From: an uncultured Chitinophaga sp. | GTDB lineage: Bacteria; Bacteroidota; Bacteroidia; Chitinophagales; LD1 | NCBI GenBank assembly: GCA_964493695.1 | Contig: CAZBPG010000007.1 | Span: 329 to 64,328 of the forward strand | Length of the DNA stretch: 64,000 nucleotides | Reading direction: 5' to 3' | Shown: in pieces, positions 20,101 to 27,702 of the stretch | How positions within the stretch are numbered: position 1 is the stretch's first letter | Layout of the letters: every line of letters starts with the position of its first letter | Notes under the pieces: generated by a model | What the model saw: only the letters and a program-made list of their open reading frames with translations | Told to the model about the DNA's origin: nothing | Database searches by the model: none | Position numbers and translations under genes: made by a program

Positions 20101-20210
20101 GAAGTAAAGACACAAACGGTTTGGTCGGCACCCGCATTGGCGGTTAGCTGTGCGCTGGTTTCGGTTGCCAGTAAAAAAAGAAACAGCAGGGGGAGTAAAA
20201 AATTCTTCAT
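17154..20210 (-). CDS. Large T9SS-secreted surface protein with a PKD domain, about 8 SprB-type repeats and a T9SS type A C-terminal sorting domain
   Basis: 1018 aa. Signal peptide ...TSA/QL. Reiterated GGxPPYxYxWSNG...TVTDxxGC units. C-terminal PNPF...GIYFY...V sorting domain. Confidence 0.85.
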   Translation of the reverse strand: MKNFLLPLLFLFLLATETSAQLTANAGADQTVCVFTSLNLGGSPTAAGGTGPYTYAWSPTIGLNSATVANPTVVVYGTYTYRVIVTDNIGAMDTDFVTITAFPYANVTLLVNDTITCAGQPVSFVAQIQSGTPPFTYIWDFGDGSTSNLITPVHVYASQGYYNTTLTVTDANGCNSSGGVGISVSQIVATVIPNGVSCAGGNDGGLQVIATGGHPPYTYSWSNGSTVQMMNNLMAGNYAATVTDSWGCSTTVTGTVFEPTPLTATHVVINESTTGTFDGAIDVTVGGGTPPYSFLWSNAMFTEDVSGLCSGTYSAIITDANGCTVSTTAVVTGSCANNTLVVSITSQDLSCTHTTDTLTANVTGGTPPYSFQWNNGANTSEITVDQAGIYLVWVTDDSGCVQIAADTLLNTGVVVALQSSHPVSCNGIPDGSLSVTVTGGSPPYTYLWNTGTTADSITGIVAGTYTLTVTDAALCEATFSYFVSQSSTNYGYYVYATGTSANCSNNGTATVSVYGGTAPFTFLWSNSDTSQTLTGLSSGSYSVTVTGADGCIRIGYVYIYTSCHNVIQGYAFNDANGNCVKDSGEVPITGMSIYATGSGGSYYGYTNNTGLYTIQIPAAGSFTLQAYNNWGGCSNVVLCSTGPVTFAGVSDTAVVNMGMGGVSGFDLALHPGWTSANPGFTKQYWILVWQQSNPQYSGPATIIFKYDPILVYQSSNNGGVHNAGNRTVTWQVADASASVSWANRPQVFLTVPANTPIGYQLTQEFWVLPYSGDCDTLDNHQIYTQPVTGSMDPNEKEVSPAGDIFEEDSILTYTIHFQNTGNDTTSFIILKDTLSSYLNPATIENLASSHEYTSFDVSGNGILTWVFNPIFLVDSATNEPASKGFVTFRIKKKNGLPLNTEIKNSASIYFDYNEPIKTNTVSSRLTEPNAIHNTTSDAGITVIAAPNPFTQQTQITVEGITGAYHFELFDVSGKLLKKINALSDNRFTINREGMSAGIYFYSITTSEKQKAFGRLVVE

Positions 20211-20320
20211 AGTGGTTGGTTTAATATGTAATGAACAGGTTAAAGAGCGGAACAGTAAAAGAAAGGTTGTGTGTGCAACTATATTTCTGATAGAAGCGTC
20301 AGGCGGGGAATTTTTTTGGG

Positions 20321-20441
20321 GCGGACTTTAGTCCGCCCTATAAAAAAGATTTTTCCGCTTATCTTGTTTGCGGTCTGATTAATCAGACCGCAAGGCAAGG
20401 ATAAAAGGAATATCCTCTGTTTAAACCGGACTAAAGTCCGG
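20321..20441. ncRNA. Copy B of the three-hairpin structured element
   Basis: GCGGAC-TTTA-GTCCGC, TTGCGGTCTGA-TTAA-TCAGACCGCAA, CCGGAC-TAAA-GTCCGG, plus the conserved linker blocks. 2 mismatches in ~121 nt against copy C. Confidence 0.45.
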
Positions 20442-20523
20442 GATATACGTTTGGGTCTGTTGCAGACGACCCTGCGCGAGTTGAATAGCCGCAGGGTTCT
20501 GAAGCGGAAACCCGGGGAAAGAA

Positions 20524-20644
20524 GCGGACTTTAGTCCGCCCTATAAAAAAGATTTTTCCGCTTATCTTGTTTGCGGTCTGATTAATCAGACCGCAAGGCA
20601 AGGATAAAAGGAATATCCTCTGTTTAAACCGGACTGAAGTCCTG
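20524..20644. ncRNA. Copy C of the three-hairpin structured element (tandem to copy B, 203-bp offset)
   Basis: Near-identical to copy B, while the inter-copy sequence has diverged strongly. Confidence 0.45.
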
Positions 20645-20770
20645 GATTCACATTTTTGGGGAGGCACACAGAACAAAAGAATAGCGGCAAAAGATTGTTA
20701 TGCGGCAGTAAGCCCGCCACCGCAAGGCCGTCTGTAAGCAGATAACAGTAAGATATGCGTTATTACATAC

Positions 20771-21022
20771 TTCCGAAAATTCAGAACTAAATAAAAATAT
20801 AAAATTTAGCATTTCTGAATTTACAGAAATTATACTTAGCTAATTAGATAATAATTCCGCATTTTCAGAACTATTAAAATATAATTTATACCTCAATTCA
20901 GAATATACCGAAAAATTAGTAAATATAGTATTAAATATTTCGGAATTTACCGAATCATAACAATTGAAATTTTAATTCAATTCGGAATATTCTGAATTTA
21001 TAAAAAATCTTTCTACCTTGCA
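20771..21022. repeat. Phased array: six 42-bp units, each a conserved 17-mer TTCNGAAWWTWCNGAAN followed by 25 bp of variable AT-rich DNA
   Basis: 17-mers start at 20771, 20813, 20855, 20897, 20939 and 20981 (every interval exactly 42 bp). The region is strikingly AT-rich by eye. Confidence 0.9.
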
Positions 21023-21065
21023 TATTCAATACCCTAAATGCCATAAACCGTCAAACTTATAGCCT

Positions 21066-21758
21066 ATGTTAGACCCTATTCGCTTAGTTACTGATCTTTT
21101 TAAAGAAAAGAACTTGTCTGATGCTAACCTCCGAACGTTTGCCGAAGTCTTCCTGATTCGCCTTTCGCAACCCGACAACAACCCGGGCGGCATCTACAAC
21201 CAGCTACTGCTTAACACTACCACTTTATATCAAAACTATTACGGCACCATTACCAACCAGCTTACCAAAGAAGCTATAGGGCAGGGCACCACCATTGCCA
21301 TGAACAATGCGCGGGCAAAGGTAATTGCCAAGCTGAGTTCGCTGCAAGGGTTGGTGCAGTTTAAGTTTGGCGAAAGCAGCGCCATATATCAGGAGTTTTA
21401 CCCGCGGGGTATGAAGGAATACCACCACGCTACTATTGACGGCCTTACTACTCCGCTCATGCGCTACCGCACTACCGCTGCCCTGCGCCTTAATGCCGAC
21501 TATCCGGGCGAGGTAACGGAGGTAACCGGCCTTATCAATAGTTTTTTAGACGCGCGCAAAACACAGGAACTGGTGTATGCAGAGGTAGATGCCATAGCCA
21601 CCGGCCGGCACACACACCGCAAGAAACTTACGCTGCAACTTACTAAATGCTTTCTGGTAATAGCCAGCGACCATCTCGAAAACCCCGACCAGTTTGATAA
21701 TTATTACGAACCGCGGTATTTGCCAATAAGAAAAGGGAAGAAGAAAGAGAAGGGTTGA
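21066..21758 (+). CDS. Hypothetical protein (orphan, no family recognised), basic C-terminal tail
   Basis: 230-aa ORF, visibly GC-richer than the upstream array. Ends RKGKKKEKG. Its stop codon abuts the kbl stop with zero spacer. Confidence 0.55.
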   Translation: MLDPIRLVTDLFKEKNLSDANLRTFAEVFLIRLSQPDNNPGGIYNQLLLNTTTLYQNYYGTITNQLTKEAIGQGTTIAMNNARAKVIAKLSSLQGLVQFKFGESSAIYQEFYPRGMKEYHHATIDGLTTPLMRYRTTAALRLNADYPGEVTEVTGLINSFLDARKTQELVYAEVDAIATGRHTHRKKLTLQLTKCFLVIASDHLENPDQFDNYYEPRYLPIRKGKKKEKG

Positions 21759-22943
21759 TTACTTAATCACACCCAGCTCCTTACCCACCTTGGTAAACGC
21801 AGCAATACATTTATCTAAATGTTCGCGTTCGTGAGCGGCACTTACCTGCACCCTTATGCGCGCCTTGCCCTTCGCCACCACCGGAAAGAAGAACCCTATT
21901 ACATAAATGCCTTCGTCTAAAAGCTTGGCGGCAAAGTTTTGTGCCAGCACGGCATCGTAAAGCATCACCGGTGTAATAGGATGCACACCGGGCTTAATGT
22001 CGAAACCGGCACCGGTCATCTTTTCGCGAAAATAACGGGTGTTAGTTTCCAGCTTATCGCGCAGGGCAGTGGTTTCGCTCAGCATATCCAGCACGGCAAT
22101 ACTCGCCCCCACAATAGCGGGCATTAACGTATTGCTGAACAAATACGGCCGCGAACGCTGACGAAGCAGCTCAATAATTTCTTTTTTACCCGAAGTAAAA
22201 CCACCGCTTGCTCCGCCCAGTGCTTTGCCCAGCGTACCGGTGATGATATCTATTTTGCCATGTACCCCGCAATACTCCGGTGTACCGCGACCGGTCTTGC
22301 CAATAAAGCCCGAAGCGTGACATTCATCTACCATTATCATCGCATTATACTTATTGGCCAATGCTACAATTTTATCCAGTTGTGCAATCGTTCCATCCAT
22401 GCTGAACACGCCATCGGTAACAATAATGCGCGACCGGTTCTTTTGCGTGGCAATCAGTTGCGTTTCCAAATCTTCCATGTCGTTATTCTTATAACGCAAA
22501 CGCTCAGCTTTACACAAGCGCACACCGTCAATGATGGAAGCATGATTCAATTCATCTGAAATAATTGCATCTTCTTCGTTGAACAAAGGTTCAAACACAC
22601 CACCGTTGGCATCGAAAGCCGCGGCATAAAGTATAGTATCTTCTGTCCACAAAAACTCCGAAATTTTTTGCTCCAGTTCTTTATGAATATCCTGTGTGCC
22701 GCAAATAAAACGCACACTGCTCATGCCATAGCCGTGGGTGTCAATTGTTTTTTTGGCAGCTTCAATAACCTTAGGATGAGAGCTTAACCCCAAATAATTA
22801 TTGGCGCAGAAATTAAGGACGGTCTTTCCGCCAACACTAATTTCGGCCGCTTGCGGAGAGGCGATAATGCGTTCGGTTTTATAAAGCCCGCTGGCTTTAA
22901 TTTCTTCTACATCTTTTTGTAATCGCTGCTGAATGGAATACAT
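21759..22943 (-). CDS. kbl: Glycine C-acetyltransferase (2-amino-3-ketobutyrate CoA ligase)
   Basis: 394 aa. Class II aminotransferase with the PLP-lysine region ([17 protein letters not shown]) typical of Kbl. Confidence 0.9.
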   Translation of the reverse strand: MYSIQQRLQKDVEEIKASGLYKTERIIASPQAAEISVGGKTVLNFCANNYLGLSSHPKVIEAAKKTIDTHGYGMSSVRFICGTQDIHKELEQKISEFLWTEDTILYAAAFDANGGVFEPLFNEEDAIISDELNHASIIDGVRLCKAERLRYKNNDMEDLETQLIATQKNRSRIIVTDGVFSMDGTIAQLDKIVALANKYNAMIMVDECHASGFIGKTGRGTPEYCGVHGKIDIITGTLGKALGGASGGFTSGKKEIIELLRQRSRPYLFSNTLMPAIVGASIAVLDMLSETTALRDKLETNTRYFREKMTGAGFDIKPGVHPITPVMLYDAVLAQNFAAKLLDEGIYVIGFFFPVVAKGKARIRVQVSAAHEREHLDKCIAAFTKVGKELGVIK

Positions 22944-22945
22944 GG

Positions 22946-23281
22946 TTAAGGTTTTACTCTTCGTAATTTTTTAAGTTGAACGGGACTTCGTTTGCCATGA
23001 AAAATATCAAGTACCCAAACTTCAGTCTTCACAATCTTGTAAATTATTTTGTAAGTAGAAGCATAAACTGCTTTGCGGTAAACGTGATTTTTGGTGGGAA
23101 GTTCCGGACATTCGGGATAAGCATATGGATGTTGCCAAAGAGAATTTCCTAAATCCTGAATTTCTGAATCTACTCTGTCCGCTTGCCGCACGGAATCTAA
23201 AGCGATAAATTCATACACCGACTGAAGAGATAATTTGGCATGGTTTGTCCAAACTATTTGTAGCCTCTTTGTTTCTTCCAT
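22946..23281 (-). CDS. Type II toxin-antitoxin system RelE/ParE family toxin
   Basis: 111 aa. ParE-like pattern ([11 protein letters not shown]..., YRKAVY..YKIIYKI....[11 protein letters not shown]). Confidence 0.7.
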   Translation of the reverse strand: MEETKRLQIVWTNHAKLSLQSVYEFIALDSVRQADRVDSEIQDLGNSLWQHPYAYPECPELPTKNHVYRKAVYASTYKIIYKIVKTEVWVLDIFHGKRSPVQLKKLRRVKP

Positions 23282-23535
23282 GTTTCCATTTCCTTTTTCA
23301 GTTGCGCGGGCGTATAAACTCTGCCGGCCTTTATATCAGCTTCGGCAGAAGCAATTCGATTTTTAAACTCTTTTACCGAAAGTTGTTTACCATTAGCATA
23401 GTAGTCGGTCATCTTTTCTTTTGTCTTTTGCTTTGGCTTCGAAATCTTTACATCTACTACTTCTTTTTGCTTAAGAAGCTTAGCGGCAAATAATTCTTCG
23501 TTGGTTCCCTTTCTTATTTCAACGCGTAAAAACAT
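23254..23535 (-). CDS. Putative cognate antitoxin (small protein overlapping the ParE-like gene by 28 nt)
   Basis: Position and overlap only, no family recognised. The true start may be the internal ATG at 23412. Confidence 0.35.
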   Translation of the reverse strand: MFLRVEIRKGTNEELFAAKLLKQKEVVDVKISKPKQKTKEKMTDYYANGKQLSVKEFKNRIASAEADIKAGRVYTPAQLKKEMETWKKQRGYK

Positions 23536-23620
23536 AGCTTCAAATTTTCATCGAAGATAAAACAAAACACAAAGTACACGGAATCGTTTTTCTTAAACGA
23601 CTATTTTCGCCTACAAATAA

Positions 23621-23645
23621 AAATCATCCCTGTAAGGGATGATTT
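23621..23645. promoter_or_regulatory. Perfect 10-bp-arm palindrome AAATCATCCC-TGTAA-GGGATGATTT in the divergent region between the TA operon and trhO
   Basis: Read directly. It sits 11 nt upstream of the trhO ATG, adjacent to an AGGAG. Operator or leader-hairpin role is speculative. Confidence 0.3.
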
Positions 23646-23656
23646 AGGAGAGGCTT

Positions 23657-24589
23657 ATGAAACCATATCAAACCTTACTTTATTACAAGTACACCCGCAT
23701 ACCGGATGCCGAAGAGTTTGCACAACACCATCTGGAGTTTTGCGAGCGCCTGGGCATTGTGGGCAGAATAATTATTGCCGGTGAAGGACTGAACGGAACT
23801 ATCAGCGGCACGGTGGTGCAGTGCAAAAAATATATGGATACGGTAAAATCGAATCCGCTGTTTGAAGGAATTGAATTTAAAATAGATGAAGTAGATGCAC
23901 CCACTTTCGAAAGATTGTATGTGCGTGTAAAACCTGAAATAGTACACAGCAGCCTGCGCGGTTTGAAGAACGTTGACCCGAACGAAACCACCGGTATACA
24001 TTTAAAGCCGCATGAAGTAGATGAAATGATAGAACAGGAGGATGTGGTGTTTGTAGACGTGCGCAGTAACTACGAAAGCGGAGTAGGTCATTTTAAAAAC
24101 GCACTGAAACTTGACATTGACAACTTCCGCGATTTTCCCGAACAGCTCAAACAACTCGAACATTTAAAAAATAAAAAAGTAGTAACCTACTGCACCGGTG
24201 GCATTAAATGCGAAAAGGCCAGCGGTTATCTGTTGCAGAATGGTTTTAAAAATGTTTATCAGGTGGACGGAGGTGTGGTGAAGTATGCCAAGGAAACCGG
24301 TGGCAAAAACTTTGAGGGTAAACTGTATGTGTTCGATAACCGGGTGGTGGTGGATGTAAATTCGGTAGCTCCATCTATTGTGTCTACCTGCAAAATCTGC
24401 GGAACAAAATCGGCCCACATGGTCAACTGCGCCAATGCCGAATGCAACGAACATTTTGTGTTGTGCGAAGATTGCGGCTGGAAAATGCAAGGCTGTTGCA
24501 GCGAAGCCTGCATGAAAGCACCGGCCAAACGCGCGTATGACGGCACCGGTTATTATCAAAGAGAAGCAAATACAATAGAACGCAGATGA
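23657..24589 (+). CDS. trhO: Rhodanese-domain tRNA uridine(34) hydroxylase (UPF0176/YceA family)
   Basis: 310 aa. Start typical of the family (LLYYKYT.I.D), rhodanese active-site loop CTGGIKCEKA, C-terminal Cys-rich tail. Confidence 0.85.
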   Translation: MKPYQTLLYYKYTRIPDAEEFAQHHLEFCERLGIVGRIIIAGEGLNGTISGTVVQCKKYMDTVKSNPLFEGIEFKIDEVDAPTFERLYVRVKPEIVHSSLRGLKNVDPNETTGIHLKPHEVDEMIEQEDVVFVDVRSNYESGVGHFKNALKLDIDNFRDFPEQLKQLEHLKNKKVVTYCTGGIKCEKASGYLLQNGFKNVYQVDGGVVKYAKETGGKNFEGKLYVFDNRVVVDVNSVAPSIVSTCKICGTKSAHMVNCANAECNEHFVLCEDCGWKMQGCCSEACMKAPAKRAYDGTGYYQREANTIERR

Positions 24590-24607
24590 CACTGAAAAAT
24601 ATGATTA

Positions 24608-24664
24608 ACGCAGATTTTAAAATCCGTTTTAATCCGTCCCAATCTGCGTCATCCGCGTGCCAAT
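24608..24664. repeat. ATCCGT-type repeat/hairpin (ACGCAGATT...AATCTGCGT, then CATCCGCGTGCCAAT)
   Basis: Shares AATCCGTTTTAATCCGTCC(C)AATC-GCGT-ATCCG-GTGCCAAT with both arms of the element at 61855-61935. Confidence 0.7.
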
Positions 24665-24668
24665 GTAT

Positions 24669-25691
24669 TTATGGATTTGTTCTTTCTGCTTCATACTGGT
24701 AAATAGTATAAAGCAAAGTTTTGCCCACAGCATTCAAAGTAGTTTTATCAATCACCTCCATATTGTCGGCATGGGTATGCCAGTAACTTCCGAAAGTTCC
24801 TGATGGAGAGCCGGGGTCGTATTGAATAATATCAATGGTGGGAATTTTTGCCACCCGATTGATGTAAATGTGGTCGTCAGTAATTCCTGCAATAGTCTGA
24901 TTGCTGAAAAAGTTGGAGTAGCCAAGTGTATTCGCATTTGCCCAAACTTTATCCTGCACCCAACCGGCATTGAAAGAAGAATTTCCTTCGCGCGCAAATA
25001 CAGCACCTTTGGCAGCAGCCATATCTAACAGAATTCCGAAATCGGCTTTGTAACCGGGCACATGCGGATTGGCGCTCCAGTGCTGCGACCCCAGGCACCA
25101 GGAACCTTCATTATCATAACTACCGGGCTTCACAATATCATCCAGCGAAGAAGAATAACCCCGGTCTTCGGCATCATTAAAAAAGAAATCAATGCCAATA
25201 TTTTTTAGCGGAGAAGATTGAATGGCGCGTGCAATTTCCAGTAATGTTCCTACTCCACTCGCTCCATCGCAGGCAGAGAGAATCGGTTTGTCTCTGTCTT
25301 TCGTATCCTGGTCGGCCCAGGGGCGGCTGTCCCAATGCGAGGAGAGTAGAATTCGGTTTGTTGCTGCAGGATTAATAGAGCCGATGATGTTGGTGCATTT
25401 CAGATTCACTCCGTCAAAGCCTTTCACCTCAAACTTCTGCACGTAAACGGTGTCGGTATATTTTTTTATTTCTTCTATCAAATACTTCGCACAGGCTTCA
25501 TGCCCTTTGGAGTTCATTTCGCGAGTACCAAAATTTAACTGCGCTTGTATGTAGTTATATGCAGAATCGCTGCTGAATGCCGGTGCATTTACTACAATTT
25601 GTTTGGGCGGGTCTACAACCGGTTGTATGGATTGATTACACTTATCACAAGAAGCAAGGAAGAGCAGAAATATTGGAAAGAGTTTTTTCAT
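24669..25691 (-). CDS. M28-fold lipoprotein, glutaminyl-peptide cyclotransferase-like / aminopeptidase
   Basis: About 340 aa. Lipobox FLASC. M28 metal-site regions (SSHWDS, NDAEDRG). Size and lipoprotein nature resemble Bacteroidetes type II glutaminyl cyclases. Confidence 0.65.
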   Translation of the reverse strand: MKKLFPIFLLFLASCDKCNQSIQPVVDPPKQIVVNAPAFSSDSAYNYIQAQLNFGTREMNSKGHEACAKYLIEEIKKYTDTVYVQKFEVKGFDGVNLKCTNIIGSINPAATNRILLSSHWDSRPWADQDTKDRDKPILSACDGASGVGTLLEIARAIQSSPLKNIGIDFFFNDAEDRGYSSSLDDIVKPGSYDNEGSWCLGSQHWSANPHVPGYKADFGILLDMAAAKGAVFAREGNSSFNAGWVQDKVWANANTLGYSNFFSNQTIAGITDDHIYINRVAKIPTIDIIQYDPGSPSGTFGSYWHTHADNMEVIDKTTLNAVGKTLLYTIYQYEAERTNP

Positions 25692-25693
25692 CA

Positions 25694-25720
25694 CAGCAGA
25701 TTATACAGATAAAACAGATT
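25694..25720. repeat. Left 27-bp inverted repeat flanking the GxxExxY gene
   Basis: CAGCAGATTATACAGATAAAACAGATT. 26/27 match to the reverse complement of 26121-26147. Confidence 0.95.
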
Positions 25721-26117
25721 AAGATAGTTCGTTAATGTATTCTTTGAGGGCAATCCGGTTAATGCCTTTCTTCATATCTACCACATTAAAATTTAAAAGC
25801 AAACCAAGTTTCTTGCCAGCCAATTTTAAATAAGTCATTACTTGTGCTTCGTGAATGGGAGCAATTGCATCCACAGATTTTAGTTCAATTATCAATTCAT
25901 CTTCCACTAATAAATCAATTCGGTAACCGGCCTCTAACTTTATTTCTCTGTAAATTACAGGCAGCACTTTTTCGCGTTCTACTTTCAACCCTTCGCTCAA
26001 AAGCTCATACTCTAAACAGGTTTGATAGGTTGATTCTAACAAACCTGGACCAAGTGTAGAATGAACTTTAAATGCACAACCAATTATCTTGTAGGAAAGC
26101 TCGTTTAGCGGATGCAT
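25719..26117 (-). CDS. GxxExxY family protein (PD-(D/E)xK-like fold predicted for the family)
   Basis: 132 aa. Contains GLLESTY (the GxxExxY signature) and the typical IDLLVEDELIIELK core. Confidence 0.85.
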   Translation of the reverse strand: MHPLNELSYKIIGCAFKVHSTLGPGLLESTYQTCLEYELLSEGLKVEREKVLPVIYREIKLEAGYRIDLLVEDELIIELKSVDAIAPIHEAQVMTYLKLAGKKLGLLLNFNVVDMKKGINRIALKEYINELS

Positions 26118-26120
26118 TTC

Positions 26121-26147
26121 AATCTGTTTTATCTGTATAATCTGTTG
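26121..26147. repeat. Right 27-bp inverted repeat flanking the GxxExxY gene
   Basis: AATCTGTTTTATCTGTATAATCTGTTG. Starts 4 nt beyond the gene's start codon. Confidence 0.95.
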
Positions 26148-26153
26148 TGGGTT

Positions 26154-27620
26154 TTAACTCGAACTCCAGGTTACCCCTTCTTTCCCATCTTTCACCTGTA
26201 TGCCCACTTTCAAAAGCTCATCGCGTATTTTATCGGATGCCGCAAAATCTTTTTTAGCGCGTACATCTTTACGCAATTCAAGAATCAGATTCATTAAGCC
26301 TTCCACCTTGTCAGAACCGGCTCCGCTCTCTTCTTTCAGTCCAAGCACTTCAAGAATAATATCACTGAAAAGTTCTTGCAGCTGTTCTTTGTCAGCAGCG
26401 GTAATTGAATCTTTTCCATCGTTGATAGAATTGATTATTCCTGCTCCTTCAAACAGGCTGGCGATTGCCACCGGTGTATTGAAATCATCATTCAGCGCAT
26501 TGTAAATATCCGCTTTCAGGTTTTCGGGCTTGAAAGATGATTTCTCACCGGTCTTTAAACCACTAATCAATTTCATGGCATTCATCAAACGCTGATACCC
26601 CTTTTCAGAAGCCTGCAATGCCGTATTCGAAAAATCGAGTGTGCTCCGGTAGTGTGCCTGCAGCATAAAAAAGCGAACCACCATAGGCGAATAACCGCGT
26701 TCGAGCAAAGGATGGTTACCGGTGAAAAGCTGTTCCGGTAAAAATGAATTACCCAGACTCTTGCTCATCTTCTGTCCGTTCACCGTAAGCATGTTGGTGT
26801 GCATCCATGTTTTTGCCGGAGATTTTTTGCAGCAGGCTACATTCTGCGCAACCTCATTGGTATGATGCGTAGGAATCAAATCCATACCCCCTCCGTGAAT
26901 GTCGAATTGCTCACCCAGATACTTTGAACTCATGGCGCTGCACTCAATATGCCAACCGGGAAAACCCTCACCCCACGGACTCGGCCAGCGCATGATGTGC
27001 TCCGGTTTGGCTTTTTTCCAAAGCGCAAAATCCAATCGTCCTCGCTTTTCTTCCTGTCCTTCCAGATTATCGCGGGTGCCTTCCAATAGTTCATCTAACT
27101 TTCTTCCGCTTAGCTCGGTGTATGGATAGGTCTTCGCAAATTTTTCTACATCAAACCAAATGGTTCCTTCTACTTCGTAAGCGAGCCCATTCTCAATAAT
27201 CTTCTTCGTCATTTCAATCTGTTCGATGATATGTCCGCTCGCTGTAGGCTCAATGCTTGGCGGCAATAAATTAAAATCATCCAGCACCTTGTGAAAATCT
27301 ACAGCGTACAACTGTACAATTTCCATCGGCTCTAATTTTTCTAGACGGGCGCGTTTTGCAATTTTATCTTCTCCTTCATCGCCATCGCTTTCCAGGTGCC
27401 CCACGTCAGTAATATTACGCACGTAACGCACTTTGTATCCAAGATGTTTCAGATAGCGGAAGACTACATCGAACGAAAGAAAGGTTCTGCAATTACCAAG
27501 GTGAGCATAACTATATAATGTAGGGCCGCACACATACATGCCCACATGAGGAGCGTTGATTGGTTTGAAAATTTCTTTTTCGCGCGAAAGGGTGTTATAA
27601 ATTTTTAATTCTGCATTCAT
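26154..27620 (-). CDS. cysS: Cysteine--tRNA ligase
   Basis: 488 aa. HIGH-type motif (HLGN) and KMSKS motif present. Confidence 0.95.
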   Translation of the reverse strand: MNAELKIYNTLSREKEIFKPINAPHVGMYVCGPTLYSYAHLGNCRTFLSFDVVFRYLKHLGYKVRYVRNITDVGHLESDGDEGEDKIAKRARLEKLEPMEIVQLYAVDFHKVLDDFNLLPPSIEPTASGHIIEQIEMTKKIIENGLAYEVEGTIWFDVEKFAKTYPYTELSGRKLDELLEGTRDNLEGQEEKRGRLDFALWKKAKPEHIMRWPSPWGEGFPGWHIECSAMSSKYLGEQFDIHGGGMDLIPTHHTNEVAQNVACCKKSPAKTWMHTNMLTVNGQKMSKSLGNSFLPEQLFTGNHPLLERGYSPMVVRFFMLQAHYRSTLDFSNTALQASEKGYQRLMNAMKLISGLKTGEKSSFKPENLKADIYNALNDDFNTPVAIASLFEGAGIINSINDGKDSITAADKEQLQELFSDIILEVLGLKEESGAGSDKVEGLMNLILELRKDVRAKKDFAASDKIRDELLKVGIQVKDGKEGVTWSSS

Positions 27621-27702
27621 GCGTGCAATATAAATATTGTGTTTTAGTGCGTAAGTGTTTACATGGCGGCAATCTTGAACTTACCTAAACACCGAAATAC
27701 AA

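Noticed and set aside
20771-21022. CRISPR array interpretation of the 17-mer plus 25-bp spacer pattern (and of the arrays at 41788 and 60516)
   Set aside because: The repeats are too short and degenerate, and the 'spacers' are uniformly AT-rich low-complexity DNA. The other two arrays have no unique spacers at all. No cas genes or leader are in the window.
20700-21060. Chromosomal replication origin (AT-rich DNA plus iterated motifs)
   Set aside because: I found no TTATCCACA-type DnaA boxes and no dnaA, dnaN or other oriC-linked genes nearby. An iteron-like role for a foreign replicon cannot be excluded, but nothing else supports it.
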